Of a stretch of 64,000 nt of DNA, positions 56,077 to 64,000 are shown piece by piece. The first letter of the stretch is position 1, and the number at the start of each line of letters is the position of its first letter. Both the position numbers and the translations under genes were made by a program. Where the stretch lies: contig JAXGYC010000009.1 in the NCBI GenBank assembly GCA_040772485.1, positions 1 to 64,000 of the forward strand. Reading direction: 5' to 3'. The notes below the pieces were generated by a model. The model worked only from the letters and a program-made list of their open reading frames with translations. It searched no databases and had not been told where the DNA came from. The stretch comes from Sedimentisphaerales bacterium. GTDB lineage: Bacteria > Planctomycetota > Phycisphaerae > Sedimentisphaerales > Anaerobacaceae.

Positions 56077-57738
56077 TCATCGGTCCTGCTTCGGGCGGAC
56101 CCACCAGTCGCTCTCGGATATCAACTCCTTGCCCACCTCGCCGACCCGCCCACCCGAGTCGATGTGGATTTCACTCGGCACGGCGAAGATTCTGTACCTG
56201 TAGAATGTGTCGCCCCCGAACATCCGGTTCCCAGCGGGCGCATCCACCATGACAGGGAATGTGACCCCCTTGTTCTTAACGATCTGGCGGACGTTCTCCA
56301 GGTCCGCGCCCTCGGCGTGTGGGTGAACGGAGACAAAGAGCGGCCTGTCCGTGGATCTCAGCGTATCGCCGTATTGGGCCTGCAGGCGCGGCAACTCGGA
56401 CATGCACGGCCCGCACGCGATCGACCAGAAGTGTAGGATGATCGGCCTGCCCTTATGCCCGGCCAGATCGATCGGCTCGCTGTTGATCCACCCAGATCCC
56501 CGCAGGGCGGGGGCCGGACCTCCGCGCAGATGGGCGTAGAATGCGTCCCTGGCCTGGGCCCCGGCCAGCAATCGGTCGATCTTGCTCTGTGGATCGCCGA
56601 CCGTGTAGGCAATCCCGCGGACTGTGTCCGCAACGCCGTACCCTTGCGGCAGGACCGGGGCGAACGCGCTCGCCTCGCATTCTGGATGCGAGACAAAGCT
56701 CTCCAGAACCAACCGCGACCGCTGAGAGACCTCTCTCCGCTGGTCGGAGTTGGTCCGATACACGGTAAACTCCACCTGGAAGGGCATCTGAACGCCCTCG
56801 TCCACTTTATGGAAGTCCTGGTAAGTGATCTCTTGAGACGGGAAGATCGCCATCTCCAGGCCCGGACGATGTCCCTCAGTCCCCAAGGCCCAGCGAACGA
56901 CGGCAAAGCCGAGTTTCGGGTCCACCGCCAGACGGGTTGTTATCGCATGGGAGGTTTTATCCTCCGCCTTGGCCGTGGGATCGATCAGGACAGTGCGTGG
57001 CATGGATCTATCCCTTGACGCCAACTCGGCCTCGTGTTCTTCGTCCCACTGGTCTGCCTCTTGCTGGGTTCGGAATATGGGATACTCTTCTTTCGTCGTC
57101 CGCTCCAGAATATAACAGGCGCGTTCGTTTACCCGCGTGCACACCGGCAGCAGGCGTATCTCAGGGCCTTCTAAGCAGTCGAACGGATGACGCGGCAGGT
57201 CCCCATGCCCTCGAAGAGCGGAGTCCCCAGGAATCTGGGGCAGGAACGCGGGCAGTGTAGGGGCAGAGCCCCAGCCCATGTTGTTGCCCACACTGTCAAT
57301 CAGGGCGCACTTTCTGTCCGGCCAGACGATGTGGACAGTGTTGCCATCGCAGGCCGCCTCCCACGGTTGCGTCTTTTCGCCGCCGGATGATGTGCTCTGC
57401 TGCCAACTATACCATTTGACCCCGTCCGAGATCGTGCGAAAGCGCGTCTCCTCGCGGAAGTGCGATGGCGAACTCTGGATGAACGTCGTCGCGTAGCGAG
57501 CCTCCCAGGAGGTCAGCCCCTCGAAGGACTTCAGCCAGCTTCGCACACCGGCGATGACCTCATTGACCTCCACATGCGGCAGGCCCGCTTGCTCCCTCGG
57601 GATCGTTTCCCACTCCTCCACCGCCTTGATCACCAGCGGTGCATTGCGATTCAGCGCCCGCGCCTGGCCCCACGCGCTGCTTGTTGCCAGAATCGATGCG
57701 GCCACCAACACTGCCCGGAATCCGATTGCTCTCCCCAT
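56077..57738 (-). CDS. Secreted protein with C-terminal TlpA/redoxin domain
   Basis: AAGGAG RBS; signal peptide; GRPIILHFWSIACGPC..ELP.L, FPVMVD, AVPS...IDSGG. Confidence 0.8.
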   Translation of the reverse strand: MGRAIGFRAVLVAASILATSSAWGQARALNRNAPLVIKAVEEWETIPREQAGLPHVEVNEVIAGVRSWLKSFEGLTSWEARYATTFIQSSPSHFREETRFRTISDGVKWYSWQQSTSSGGEKTQPWEAACDGNTVHIVWPDRKCALIDSVGNNMGWGSAPTLPAFLPQIPGDSALRGHGDLPRHPFDCLEGPEIRLLPVCTRVNERACYILERTTKEEYPIFRTQQEADQWDEEHEAELASRDRSMPRTVLIDPTAKAEDKTSHAITTRLAVDPKLGFAVVRWALGTEGHRPGLEMAIFPSQEITYQDFHKVDEGVQMPFQVEFTVYRTNSDQRREVSQRSRLVLESFVSHPECEASAFAPVLPQGYGVADTVRGIAYTVGDPQSKIDRLLAGAQARDAFYAHLRGGPAPALRGSGWINSEPIDLAGHKGRPIILHFWSIACGPCMSELPRLQAQYGDTLRSTDRPLFVSVHPHAEGADLENVRQIVKNKGVTFPVMVDAPAGNRMFGGDTFYRYRIFAVPSEIHIDSGGRVGEVGKELISESDWWVRPKQDR

Positions 57739-57757
57739 CGCTTGTCTCCTTTTCCGT

Positions 57758-57880
57758 TCAGAGTTCCGCTTTCTTCTTGATCTGGTCGAGCAGGCCGCCG
57801 TTGCGGATGACCTCCCGAGCGAGACCCGCCCATGGCGTGAACTGTACCATGTGTCTTGTTCGTCTTGTCGTGGATCACGC
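57758..57880 (-). pseudogene. leuD: Frameshifted 3' remnant of leuD
   Basis: VIHDKTNKT/+1/MVQFTPWAGLAREVIRNGGLLDQIKKKAEL* versus Leu[34 protein letters not shown]; 19-bp identity at 57862-80 and 60955-73. Confidence 0.85.
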
Positions 57881-57888
57881 GGCACTTT

Positions 57889-59361
57889 TTACCCTCGATT
57901 CGGGTTTGGCGTGGGCATGGCCGCCCCGACCTTGTTGCGCCATTCGTGCAGCATCCGGCGAAGCTCAGCGGCCTTCTCGGGCATTGCCCCGGCCAGGTCC
58001 TTCGTTTCGCCGAGATCGTCGCGCAGATTATACAGTTCGACGCGATGATCCTCATAGAACTCAATCAGCTTATAGTCACCCAGCCGGACCGCTCCGCCGG
58101 GCGAGCCGCCCTGGTTGCCGTAGTGCGGATAATGCCAGTGAAACGCGCGGTCCTTCTGCGGACTCTGCTGCCGCAGCAGGGCGACCATGCTGCGACCATC
58201 CAGGTGCTGCTGCGGCGCCGCAGGCAGACCCGCTATTTCCAGCATGGTCGGATAGAAGTCCGTGCTGATCACCGGCTCTTCGCACACGCTGCCCGCCCGG
58301 ACCTGTGCGGGCCAGCGAACGATCATCGGTTCGCGAATCCCGCCCTCATACAGCCATCCTTTGCCCGCCCGCAGCGGCAGATTGCATGTTGGATGGCCCT
58401 CGGAGGTCGCCAGGCCGCCGTTGTCCGACATGAAGAACACGACCGTGTCCTGCGTCAGATCGAGCCGGTCGAGCGCATCGAGCACCTTGCCCACGGCCTG
58501 GTCCATCGCCTCGACCATGCCCGCGTAGACCGCGTGATCCTGCACGAGCCGGACCTCGCGGTCGCCTTCCCTGCCCCAGGCCGGGCCATCGTGCGTCACG
58601 GTCCTGGCCTTCGCTTCATACTTGGCCTTGAGGTCCTCTCTGGCCATCAGGGGCGTGTGCACGGAGTAGAACGCCAGATAGGTCAGGAAGGGCCCGTCTC
58701 GATGCTCTTCGATGAAGCGGCATGTCTCGGTCGCCAGCCGGTCGGGCAAGTGCTCGCCGTCGGGCCCATCGGGCAGTCGCGGATTGCCATAGGGCGAGAA
58801 GTATCTCTTGCCGCCGTAGGGTCCGCCCCGGTCATGGCCGCCCTTGTTCACGTCGAAGCCCTGGTCTTCCGGCCAGAATCCCTCCGGCCCCAGGTGCCAC
58901 TTGCCCGCGAAGAAAGTCGCATACCCATGCTGCTTCAGCGTCTCGGCGACAGTCACTTCCTCCAGCGGCACCCGGTCGCGATAGCGCGCGGGCAGGAGCG
59001 GCTTGTTCCGCGTCCAGTGCTTCTGCACGGTGTCCGGCTGCGGCGCGCCGAAATAGTCGGTCGTCCGAAGCCGGGCCGGATATTTGCCCGTCATGATGCT
59101 GGCCCGCGTCGGCGAACACACCGGGCAGGCGGCGTAGGCACTGGCGAAGCGCATCCCCTCGGCCGCCAGCCGATCCACGTTCGGCGTTTCGTAGAACCTG
59201 CTGCCATAGCAGCCCAAATCCGTCCAGCCCAGATCGTCCACGAGGAAGAACACGAAGTTCGGCCTTCGCGGCCCGCTGCTGTCTGCCAGCGCGCGCGATA
59301 CGCCGCAGGCCGGCAGCAGTGCGGCCGTTCCCAGAGCTCTCAGAAAATCGCGTCGGTTCAT
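57889..59361 (-). CDS. Tat-exported formylglycine-dependent sulfatase (S1)
   Basis: RRDFL; DDLG, CSPTRASIMTG, GKWHLG, SDNG. Confidence 0.93.
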   Translation of the reverse strand: MNRRDFLRALGTAALLPACGVSRALADSSGPRRPNFVFFLVDDLGWTDLGCYGSRFYETPNVDRLAAEGMRFASAYAACPVCSPTRASIMTGKYPARLRTTDYFGAPQPDTVQKHWTRNKPLLPARYRDRVPLEEVTVAETLKQHGYATFFAGKWHLGPEGFWPEDQGFDVNKGGHDRGGPYGGKRYFSPYGNPRLPDGPDGEHLPDRLATETCRFIEEHRDGPFLTYLAFYSVHTPLMAREDLKAKYEAKARTVTHDGPAWGREGDREVRLVQDHAVYAGMVEAMDQAVGKVLDALDRLDLTQDTVVFFMSDNGGLATSEGHPTCNLPLRAGKGWLYEGGIREPMIVRWPAQVRAGSVCEEPVISTDFYPTMLEIAGLPAAPQQHLDGRSMVALLRQQSPQKDRAFHWHYPHYGNQGGSPGGAVRLGDYKLIEFYEDHRVELYNLRDDLGETKDLAGAMPEKAAELRRMLHEWRNKVGAAMPTPNPNRG

Positions 59362-59376
59362 AGGCACCTGTCGCTC

Positions 59377-60846
59377 TTACGGGGCGAAGCGGATTCCCTT
59401 TGCGCGTTCGATGGTGAAATGGCCTTCATTCGGACTGCGGACGAGCGCGCCGTTGATGCGCAGGTTCTCGATCGTGACGTTCTGCACGCTGTGCTCATCG
59501 TTATCGTAGCCGATCAGGAACGAGACGGGGGGCTTATCTGCGGTCACGTCGATGTCCTTGAAGTGCACGTTGCGGATGCGTCCTCGCCTGGCCGCATACG
59601 TGCTCAGTTCCTGGTCCGTTACGGGCATCCACTGCCCGAGCGGGCTGCGCTTGCGGTCCGGGTTCTGCCGATGATATTCCTGGGGACAATCCCCGCTGTA
59701 GATCGACAGGCCGATGCGAAACTCGATCAGCTTCTCGCGCGAGTCCTCGACGCGGATGTCCTCGAATCGGATGTTCTCGACGGTGGCCCAGTCCCCGTTG
59801 TGGATCGTGAAGGTGCCGCCGCGTTCGACGTGGATGATGTCGCAATCCTTGAACACGATGTCGCGAACGGACTCGGTTTGCAGTTCGAAGCCGATCTCCA
59901 TCGCGTTGCCCCACTCGGCGTTCCACAGCACCGAATTGACGACCGCCACCTTCCGGACGTCGCGCAGGCCGCTCTCGCCGCCCTCGAAATAGGCCGGCGA
60001 CGCCTTGACCGCAATACAGTCGTCCTTCGTTCGCAGGAACGAATCGGAGACCGTCAGGTTGTGACAGCCGACGATATCGACGCCGTCGTCGTTGTCGCGC
60101 CAGCCGACGATTTTGACGTTGTCGATCTTTACGTTGTCCGACCGGATCGGCACCACGGTCCAGCCGTAACTGCCGAGGATCACGATGCCGCTTACCTCCA
60201 CGCCGGTGCACCTGGAGAACTTGAGCATCTGCGTCTTGGTGTCGCGATGCGTACCGTCCAGAACACCATACCCGGCCACACGCACATTCCTGGCGCCCTC
60301 GGCCCGCACGCGGCCGCGCACCACGGCGCCGCCGGCAATGTAGAGCATTTCGCCGCTGGTCAGGATGATCTCGCCGACATCGTGAACCTTGCCCGGCCCG
60401 AAGTAGTGCATCCGCTCGTGGTCCGGCTTCGGGGTTTTCTTCTCGGGCGGATTGGCGAACAGAAACAGCGGCCGCTCGATGTCCCCATCCAGCTCGATGC
60501 TCAGTTGGCACGGACGGTCCAGGTCGAAATAGATCGTTCCATCCTCGACGGTGAAACCCACGTTGCGGCTTTTGGGCCGGATGTCTACCCGCGCAAATGC
60601 CTTCTGAGGCGTCACCGAAACGCGCACCTTTCCTCTGAACGAGAACGTGCAGAAGGCCGCAATCGCCGAGTCGTGGACGAACTGCGCCTGGCCGTCGACC
60701 TTCACCTGGAAATCTGAGGCCTGCGGCGCACCTTCCGGCGTTGGATAGGTCACCACGGCGGCGCGCGCAGGGGCCCAAAGGCCCGTCGCCAGCGCTGCGA
60801 CGACGAGCGCGGTCCATCGCATGGATCGTCCAGGTCTCGAAGGCAT
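59377..60846 (-). CDS. Beta-helix glycoside hydrolase (GH28/GH49-like)
   Basis: Signal peptide; YFGPG.H, YIAGGAVVRG, NDDGVD, RTKDDCIAVK. Confidence 0.78.
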   Translation of the reverse strand: MPSRPGRSMRWTALVVAALATGLWAPARAAVVTYPTPEGAPQASDFQVKVDGQAQFVHDSAIAAFCTFSFRGKVRVSVTPQKAFARVDIRPKSRNVGFTVEDGTIYFDLDRPCQLSIELDGDIERPLFLFANPPEKKTPKPDHERMHYFGPGKVHDVGEIILTSGEMLYIAGGAVVRGRVRAEGARNVRVAGYGVLDGTHRDTKTQMLKFSRCTGVEVSGIVILGSYGWTVVPIRSDNVKIDNVKIVGWRDNDDGVDIVGCHNLTVSDSFLRTKDDCIAVKASPAYFEGGESGLRDVRKVAVVNSVLWNAEWGNAMEIGFELQTESVRDIVFKDCDIIHVERGGTFTIHNGDWATVENIRFEDIRVEDSREKLIEFRIGLSIYSGDCPQEYHRQNPDRKRSPLGQWMPVTDQELSTYAARRGRIRNVHFKDIDVTADKPPVSFLIGYDNDEHSVQNVTIENLRINGALVRSPNEGHFTIERAKGIRFAP

Positions 60847-60851
60847 CGATC

Positions 60852-61340
60852 TCAGCCTTTCAATTCGGCGGCGATCTTGTTCAGCAGGCCGCCGGCGGCG
60901 ATGATCTCCAGCGCGAAGTCAGGCAGCGGCTGGAACTTGATCTTGCGGCCGTTGGTCTTGTCGTGGATCACGCCGGCGTCGTAGTCGATCTCGACCTCGT
61001 CGCCGTCGGTGATCTTCTCGACGGCCTCGGCCGACTCGATCAGGTAGAATCCGCAGTCGATCGCGTTGCGGTAGAAGATCCGCGCGAACGATCGCGCGAT
61101 CACCGTTTGGACCTTCGCGCCCCGAATCGCCCAGACCGCGTGCTCGCGACTGGAGCCGCAGCCGAAGTCGTCGCCGGCCACCACCACGTCACCCGGCCGG
61201 ACCTTCTTGACGAAGTTCACGTCGAGGTCCTCCAGACAGTGTGTCGCCAACTCCGCCTCCGCGTCCGTATTCAAGTACCGCGCCGGAATGATCTCATCCG
61301 TATTGATATGATCCCGCTGATACACATGTGCCTTGCTCAT
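60852..61340 (-). CDS. leuD: 3-isopropylmalate dehydratase small subunit
   Basis: [31 protein letters not shown]. Confidence 0.93.
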   Translation of the reverse strand: MSKAHVYQRDHINTDEIIPARYLNTDAEAELATHCLEDLDVNFVKKVRPGDVVVAGDDFGCGSSREHAVWAIRGAKVQTVIARSFARIFYRNAIDCGFYLIESAEAVEKITDGDEVEIDYDAGVIHDKTNGRKIKFQPLPDFALEIIAAGGLLNKIAAELKG

Positions 61341-61378
61341 TCCTCTGTCCTCACTTCTGATGGAGCCACCATGGCATG

Positions 61379-61430
61379 AATATCAAAGATCAAATCGCAA
61401 ATATCAAAATCACAAATCAAGATGCCAATC
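61379..61430 (+). repeat. AT-rich heptamer array (AAATnnC-like), downstream arm of the cassette
   Basis: AATATCAAAGATCAAATCGCAAATATCAAAATCACAAATCAAG. Confidence 0.8.
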
Positions 61431-61609
61431 ATCTCTTGCCTCGGAGTGTCAGGATGCTCGATGCTCGTACCCCTGCGCAACAGTTGGTCTCCAAGGCGTC
61501 TCGACACGTTGTCATTCGGCAGCCTGTCGAGAAACTCAATGAGTCGAAGCGTGAAGTCGTAGAGTCGCTTCTTGAATTCCTTTTTGAATTTCTCTTTGTC
61601 ACTTTGCAT
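61429..61609 (-). pseudogene. Four-helix-bundle (23S rRNA-IVP-like) gene with internal deletion and frameshift
   Basis: N-terminus ..RLYDFTLRLIEFLDRLP..LGDQLLRRGTSI joined in +1 frame to SILTLRGKR* at a GATGCTC tandem (61453-66). Confidence 0.8.
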
Positions 61610-61630
61610 TTTGCATTTTGATATTTGCTC
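61603..61630 (+). repeat. Heptamer array (TTTGCAT)n, upstream arm of the cassette
   Basis: TTTGCAT TTTGCAT TTTGATA TTTGCTC; 61615-28 is the exact reverse complement of 61397-410. Confidence 0.8.
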
Positions 61631-61633
61631 TTC

Positions 61634-62896
61634 TCACAGGTACTTGCGTGGATCGGCGAGCCGGCCTTCGACGGCGCTGGCGGCGACGGTGGCGGGGCTG
61701 GCGAGGTAGACCTCGCTCTTGGGACTGCCCATCCGGCCGACGAAGTTGCGGTTCGTCGTGCTGATGCACTTCTCTCCGGCGGCCAGTACGCCCATGAACC
61801 CGCCCAGACACGCGCCGCAGGTCGGCGCCGAGATCACACAACCGGCGTCGTAGAACACGTCGAACAACCCCTCGTCCGCCGCCTGCTTCCAGATCACCGG
61901 CGTGGCCGGCACGACCAGCGTCCGAATCTTCACCTCCTTGCCCTTCAGGACGCCGGCGGCGATCCGAAGGTCTTCGATGCGACCGTTCGTGCAACTGCCG
62001 ATGTACGCCTGGTCCATGGCCATGCCGGCGCAGTTCCCGATGGCAACCCCGCCGCTGGGTAGGTGCGGCAGAGCCACCATCGGTTCGATCGCCGAGCAGT
62101 CGAATTCCTCGACCGCCGCATATTTCGCATCGTCGTCGGAGGCAACGACGGTGTAGTCCTGTTTGCCCTTCAGCCGGCCGTCGAGATAGGCCTTCGTGAC
62201 ATCGTCAAACCCGATGATGCCGTTCTTGGCCCCAGCCTCGATGGCCATGTTCGTGATCGTCATCCGCGCTTCCATCGACATCTCGGCCAGCGCCGGCCCG
62301 ACGAACTCCATCGCCTTGTAGAGCGCGCCGTCCGTGCCGATCCGCGCGATCACCGTCAGGACCACGTCCTTGCTGTACACGCCGGGCCGCAGCGAGCCGT
62401 TCAGAACGAACTTCATCGAAGCCGGCACGCGGAACCACAGCCGGCCCGTCGCGATCGAGGCCGCCAGATCGGTCGAGCCGATCCCGGTGCTGAAGGCCGC
62501 CAGGGCGCCGTAGGTGCACGTGTGCGAATCGCCGCCCACGATCACCTCGCCCGGGCGGATGTGTCCCTGCTCGGGCAGCAGCGCGTGGCAGACGCCCGCC
62601 CGGCCCAGCTTGTAGTAGTGCTTGATCTTGTGCTGCTTGGCCCACGTGTCCAGACGCTTGTGCAGCTCGGCGCTCTTGACGTCTTTGGGCGGCTGGAAGT
62701 GGTCCGGCGTCACGACGATCTTCTCCGGATCGAACACGCGATCGATGCCGCGCTCGACCAGCATCGAGATCGCCGGAGGCGTCGTTACATCGTGACACAT
62801 CACCACGTCGATGTTCGCATCCACCAGTTGCCCGGGCGTCACCTTCTTGTGCCCGCTGGCCCGCGCGAAGATCTTCTCCGTTATCGTCATTCCCAT
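61634..62896 (-). CDS. leuC: 3-isopropylmalate dehydratase large subunit (short, HacA-like type)
   Basis: DSHTCTYG, IGSCTNGR, CGACLGG, STTNRNFVGRMG. Confidence 0.93.
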   Translation of the reverse strand: MGMTITEKIFARASGHKKVTPGQLVDANIDVVMCHDVTTPPAISMLVERGIDRVFDPEKIVVTPDHFQPPKDVKSAELHKRLDTWAKQHKIKHYYKLGRAGVCHALLPEQGHIRPGEVIVGGDSHTCTYGALAAFSTGIGSTDLAASIATGRLWFRVPASMKFVLNGSLRPGVYSKDVVLTVIARIGTDGALYKAMEFVGPALAEMSMEARMTITNMAIEAGAKNGIIGFDDVTKAYLDGRLKGKQDYTVVASDDDAKYAAVEEFDCSAIEPMVALPHLPSGGVAIGNCAGMAMDQAYIGSCTNGRIEDLRIAAGVLKGKEVKIRTLVVPATPVIWKQAADEGLFDVFYDAGCVISAPTCGACLGGFMGVLAAGEKCISTTNRNFVGRMGSPKSEVYLASPATVAASAVEGRLADPRKYL

Positions 62897-62926
62897 GATG
62901 TAGATTCCTTCTTCTTTCGGCTGGTG

Positions 62927-64000
62927 TTATGCGTTCGTGGTTGCCTGGCCGTTGGCCTGCTGAACGGCGGTCATCCGGTTGATGGCGTCAACGTAGGCCT
63001 TGGCGCTGGCTTCGATGATGTCGGTGGAGACGCCGCGGCCGATGAACGTCCGTCCGGCCTCGACGATCCGCACCGTCGCTTCGCCCAGCGCGTCCTTGCC
63101 TCCCGTGACGGCGCGGATGGAATAGTTCTCCAGCTTGGGGGACAGGCCGGTGGCCTCGCGGATCGCCTCGTACGCCGCGTCGACCGGGCCGTCGCCGCAG
63201 GCGGCCGCCAGCCGTTCCTGGCCCGCGATCTTCATCCGCACGCTGGCGGTCGGCAGCGTGCCGGTGCCGCACGCGACGTGCAGGTATTTCAGCTCGTACA
63301 CCTGCGACACCACGCGGACCTCGTCGTTGATGATCGCGGCGACGTCCTCGTCGAACACTTCCTTCTTTTTGTCCGCGATTTCGAGGAACCGCGCGTAAGC
63401 CTGTTCGAGTTCCTCCTTGGTGAGCTTATAACCAAGCTGTCGACAGCGGTCGGCAAACCCATGCCGGCCGGTGTGACGTCCGAGCACCATGCGCGACCCG
63501 CCCAGCCCGATCGTCTCCGGCGTCATGATCTCATAGGTGCTGCGCTCCTTGAGGATCCCGTCCACGTGGATGCCCGACTCGTGCGCGAACGCGTTGGCGC
63601 CGACGATGGCCTTGTTGGGCTGGATGACGAATCCGGTCAACTGGGACACCAACTGGCTCGTGCGATAGATTTCCTTCGTGTTGACGTTCGTGGTCAGGCC
63701 GTTGGCGCTGCCGTCCGCGAAGAAGTTGGCGCGTGTGTGGATGGCCATGACGATTTCTTCGAGCGCGGCGTTTCCGGCCCGCTCGCCAAGCCCGTTGACG
63801 GCGACCTCGACCTGCCTGGCCCCGCTGCGCACGCCCGCCAGCGAATTGGCGACCGCCAGACCGAGGTCGTTGTGACAGTGCGTGCTGATGACGCACCTGT
63901 CGATGCCCGGGACCTTGCTCTTGAGCTGGGCGATGAGCTGGCCGTATTCGTACGGCAGCATGTAGCCGACGGTGTCCGGGATGTTCAACGTGGTGGCGCC
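62927..64000 (-). CDS. leuA: 2-isopropylmalate synthase (5' part outside window)
   Basis: IPDTVG, HCHNDLGLA, GERAGNA, HESGIH.DG, C-terminal regulatory domain (GDGPVDA). Confidence 0.94.
   Translation of the reverse strand, partial: GATTLNIPDTVGYMLPYEYGQLIAQLKSKVPGIDRCVISTHCHNDLGLAVANSLAGVRSGARQVEVAVNGLGERAGNAALEEIVMAIHTRANFFADGSANGLTTNVNTKEIYRTSQLVSQLTGFVIQPNKAIVGANAFAHESGIHVDGILKERSTYEIMTPETIGLGGSRMVLGRHTGRHGFADRCRQLGYKLTKEELEQAYARFLEIADKKKEVFDEDVAAIINDEVRVVSQVYELKYLHVACGTGTLPTASVRMKIAGQERLAAACGDGPVDAAYEAIREATGLSPKLENYSIRAVTGGKDALGEATVRIVEAGRTFIGRGVSTDIIEASAKAYVDAINRMTAVQQANGQATTNA

Noticed and set aside
57739..57885. Extended N-terminus of the TlpA-domain protein in the ORF track
   Set aside because: This stretch is the leuD remnant; the RBS and signal peptide support a start at 57738.
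15232..60717. Very long antisense or alternative-frame ORFs (e.g. 15232-17715, 21554-24520, 29810-31927, 57856-60717)
   Set aside because: They shadow well-supported genes, lack family motifs, and are expected from stop-poor frames in high-GC DNA.
61337..61609. 90-aa ORF as an intact protein
   Set aside because: The tail ([15 protein letters not shown]) is translated heptamer repeat; the likely true C-terminus lies in another frame.
1..64000. tRNA, rRNA, riboswitch, integrase or transposase genes
   Set aside because: None was recognised by eye; a covariance-model or HMM search would be needed to exclude divergent examples.

Overview
GC-rich bacterial chromosome segment. The gene content suggests an anaerobic Planctomycetota (Phycisphaerae/Sedimentisphaerales-like) genome; this is an inference from many ECF sigma/anti-sigma pairs, LamG/discoidin and CotH-lamin-tail secreted proteins, a solitary prepilin-like gene, a sulfatase and many glycosidases. 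In order, the window holds: a MinD-4Fe4S/TrmO/NifX-like/DUF5320 operon with a palindromic operator; purC; an ECF operon with three Spy/CpxP-like paralogues; blaI-blaR1(M56) with two operator boxes; an arabinogalactan/pectin degradation region (DUF6259, GH53, GH28, GH51, GH35, and a ~1725-aa GH127-CBM-GH43-GH51 fusion); aroK; three more ECF/anti-sigma pairs; housekeeping genes; and a leuA-leuC-leuD...leuB operon interrupted by cargo. I found no rRNA, tRNA, CRISPR array, integrase or transposase. Four features not explained by the ORF track stand out. (1) The leu operon has two interleaved, decayed 3'-end duplicates (leuD and sulfatase) bracketing integrase-free cargo. (2) An internally deleted four-helix-bundle gene flanked by inverted heptamer arrays sits between leuC and leuD, and cargo-less inverted 7-/8-mer hairpins lie inside other genes. 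(3) A GTAG-type REP palindrome is translated in frame as VGANDYSSL in two unrelated proteins. (4) Other copies of GTAG-type REPs supply stop codons or sit just downstream of promoters.
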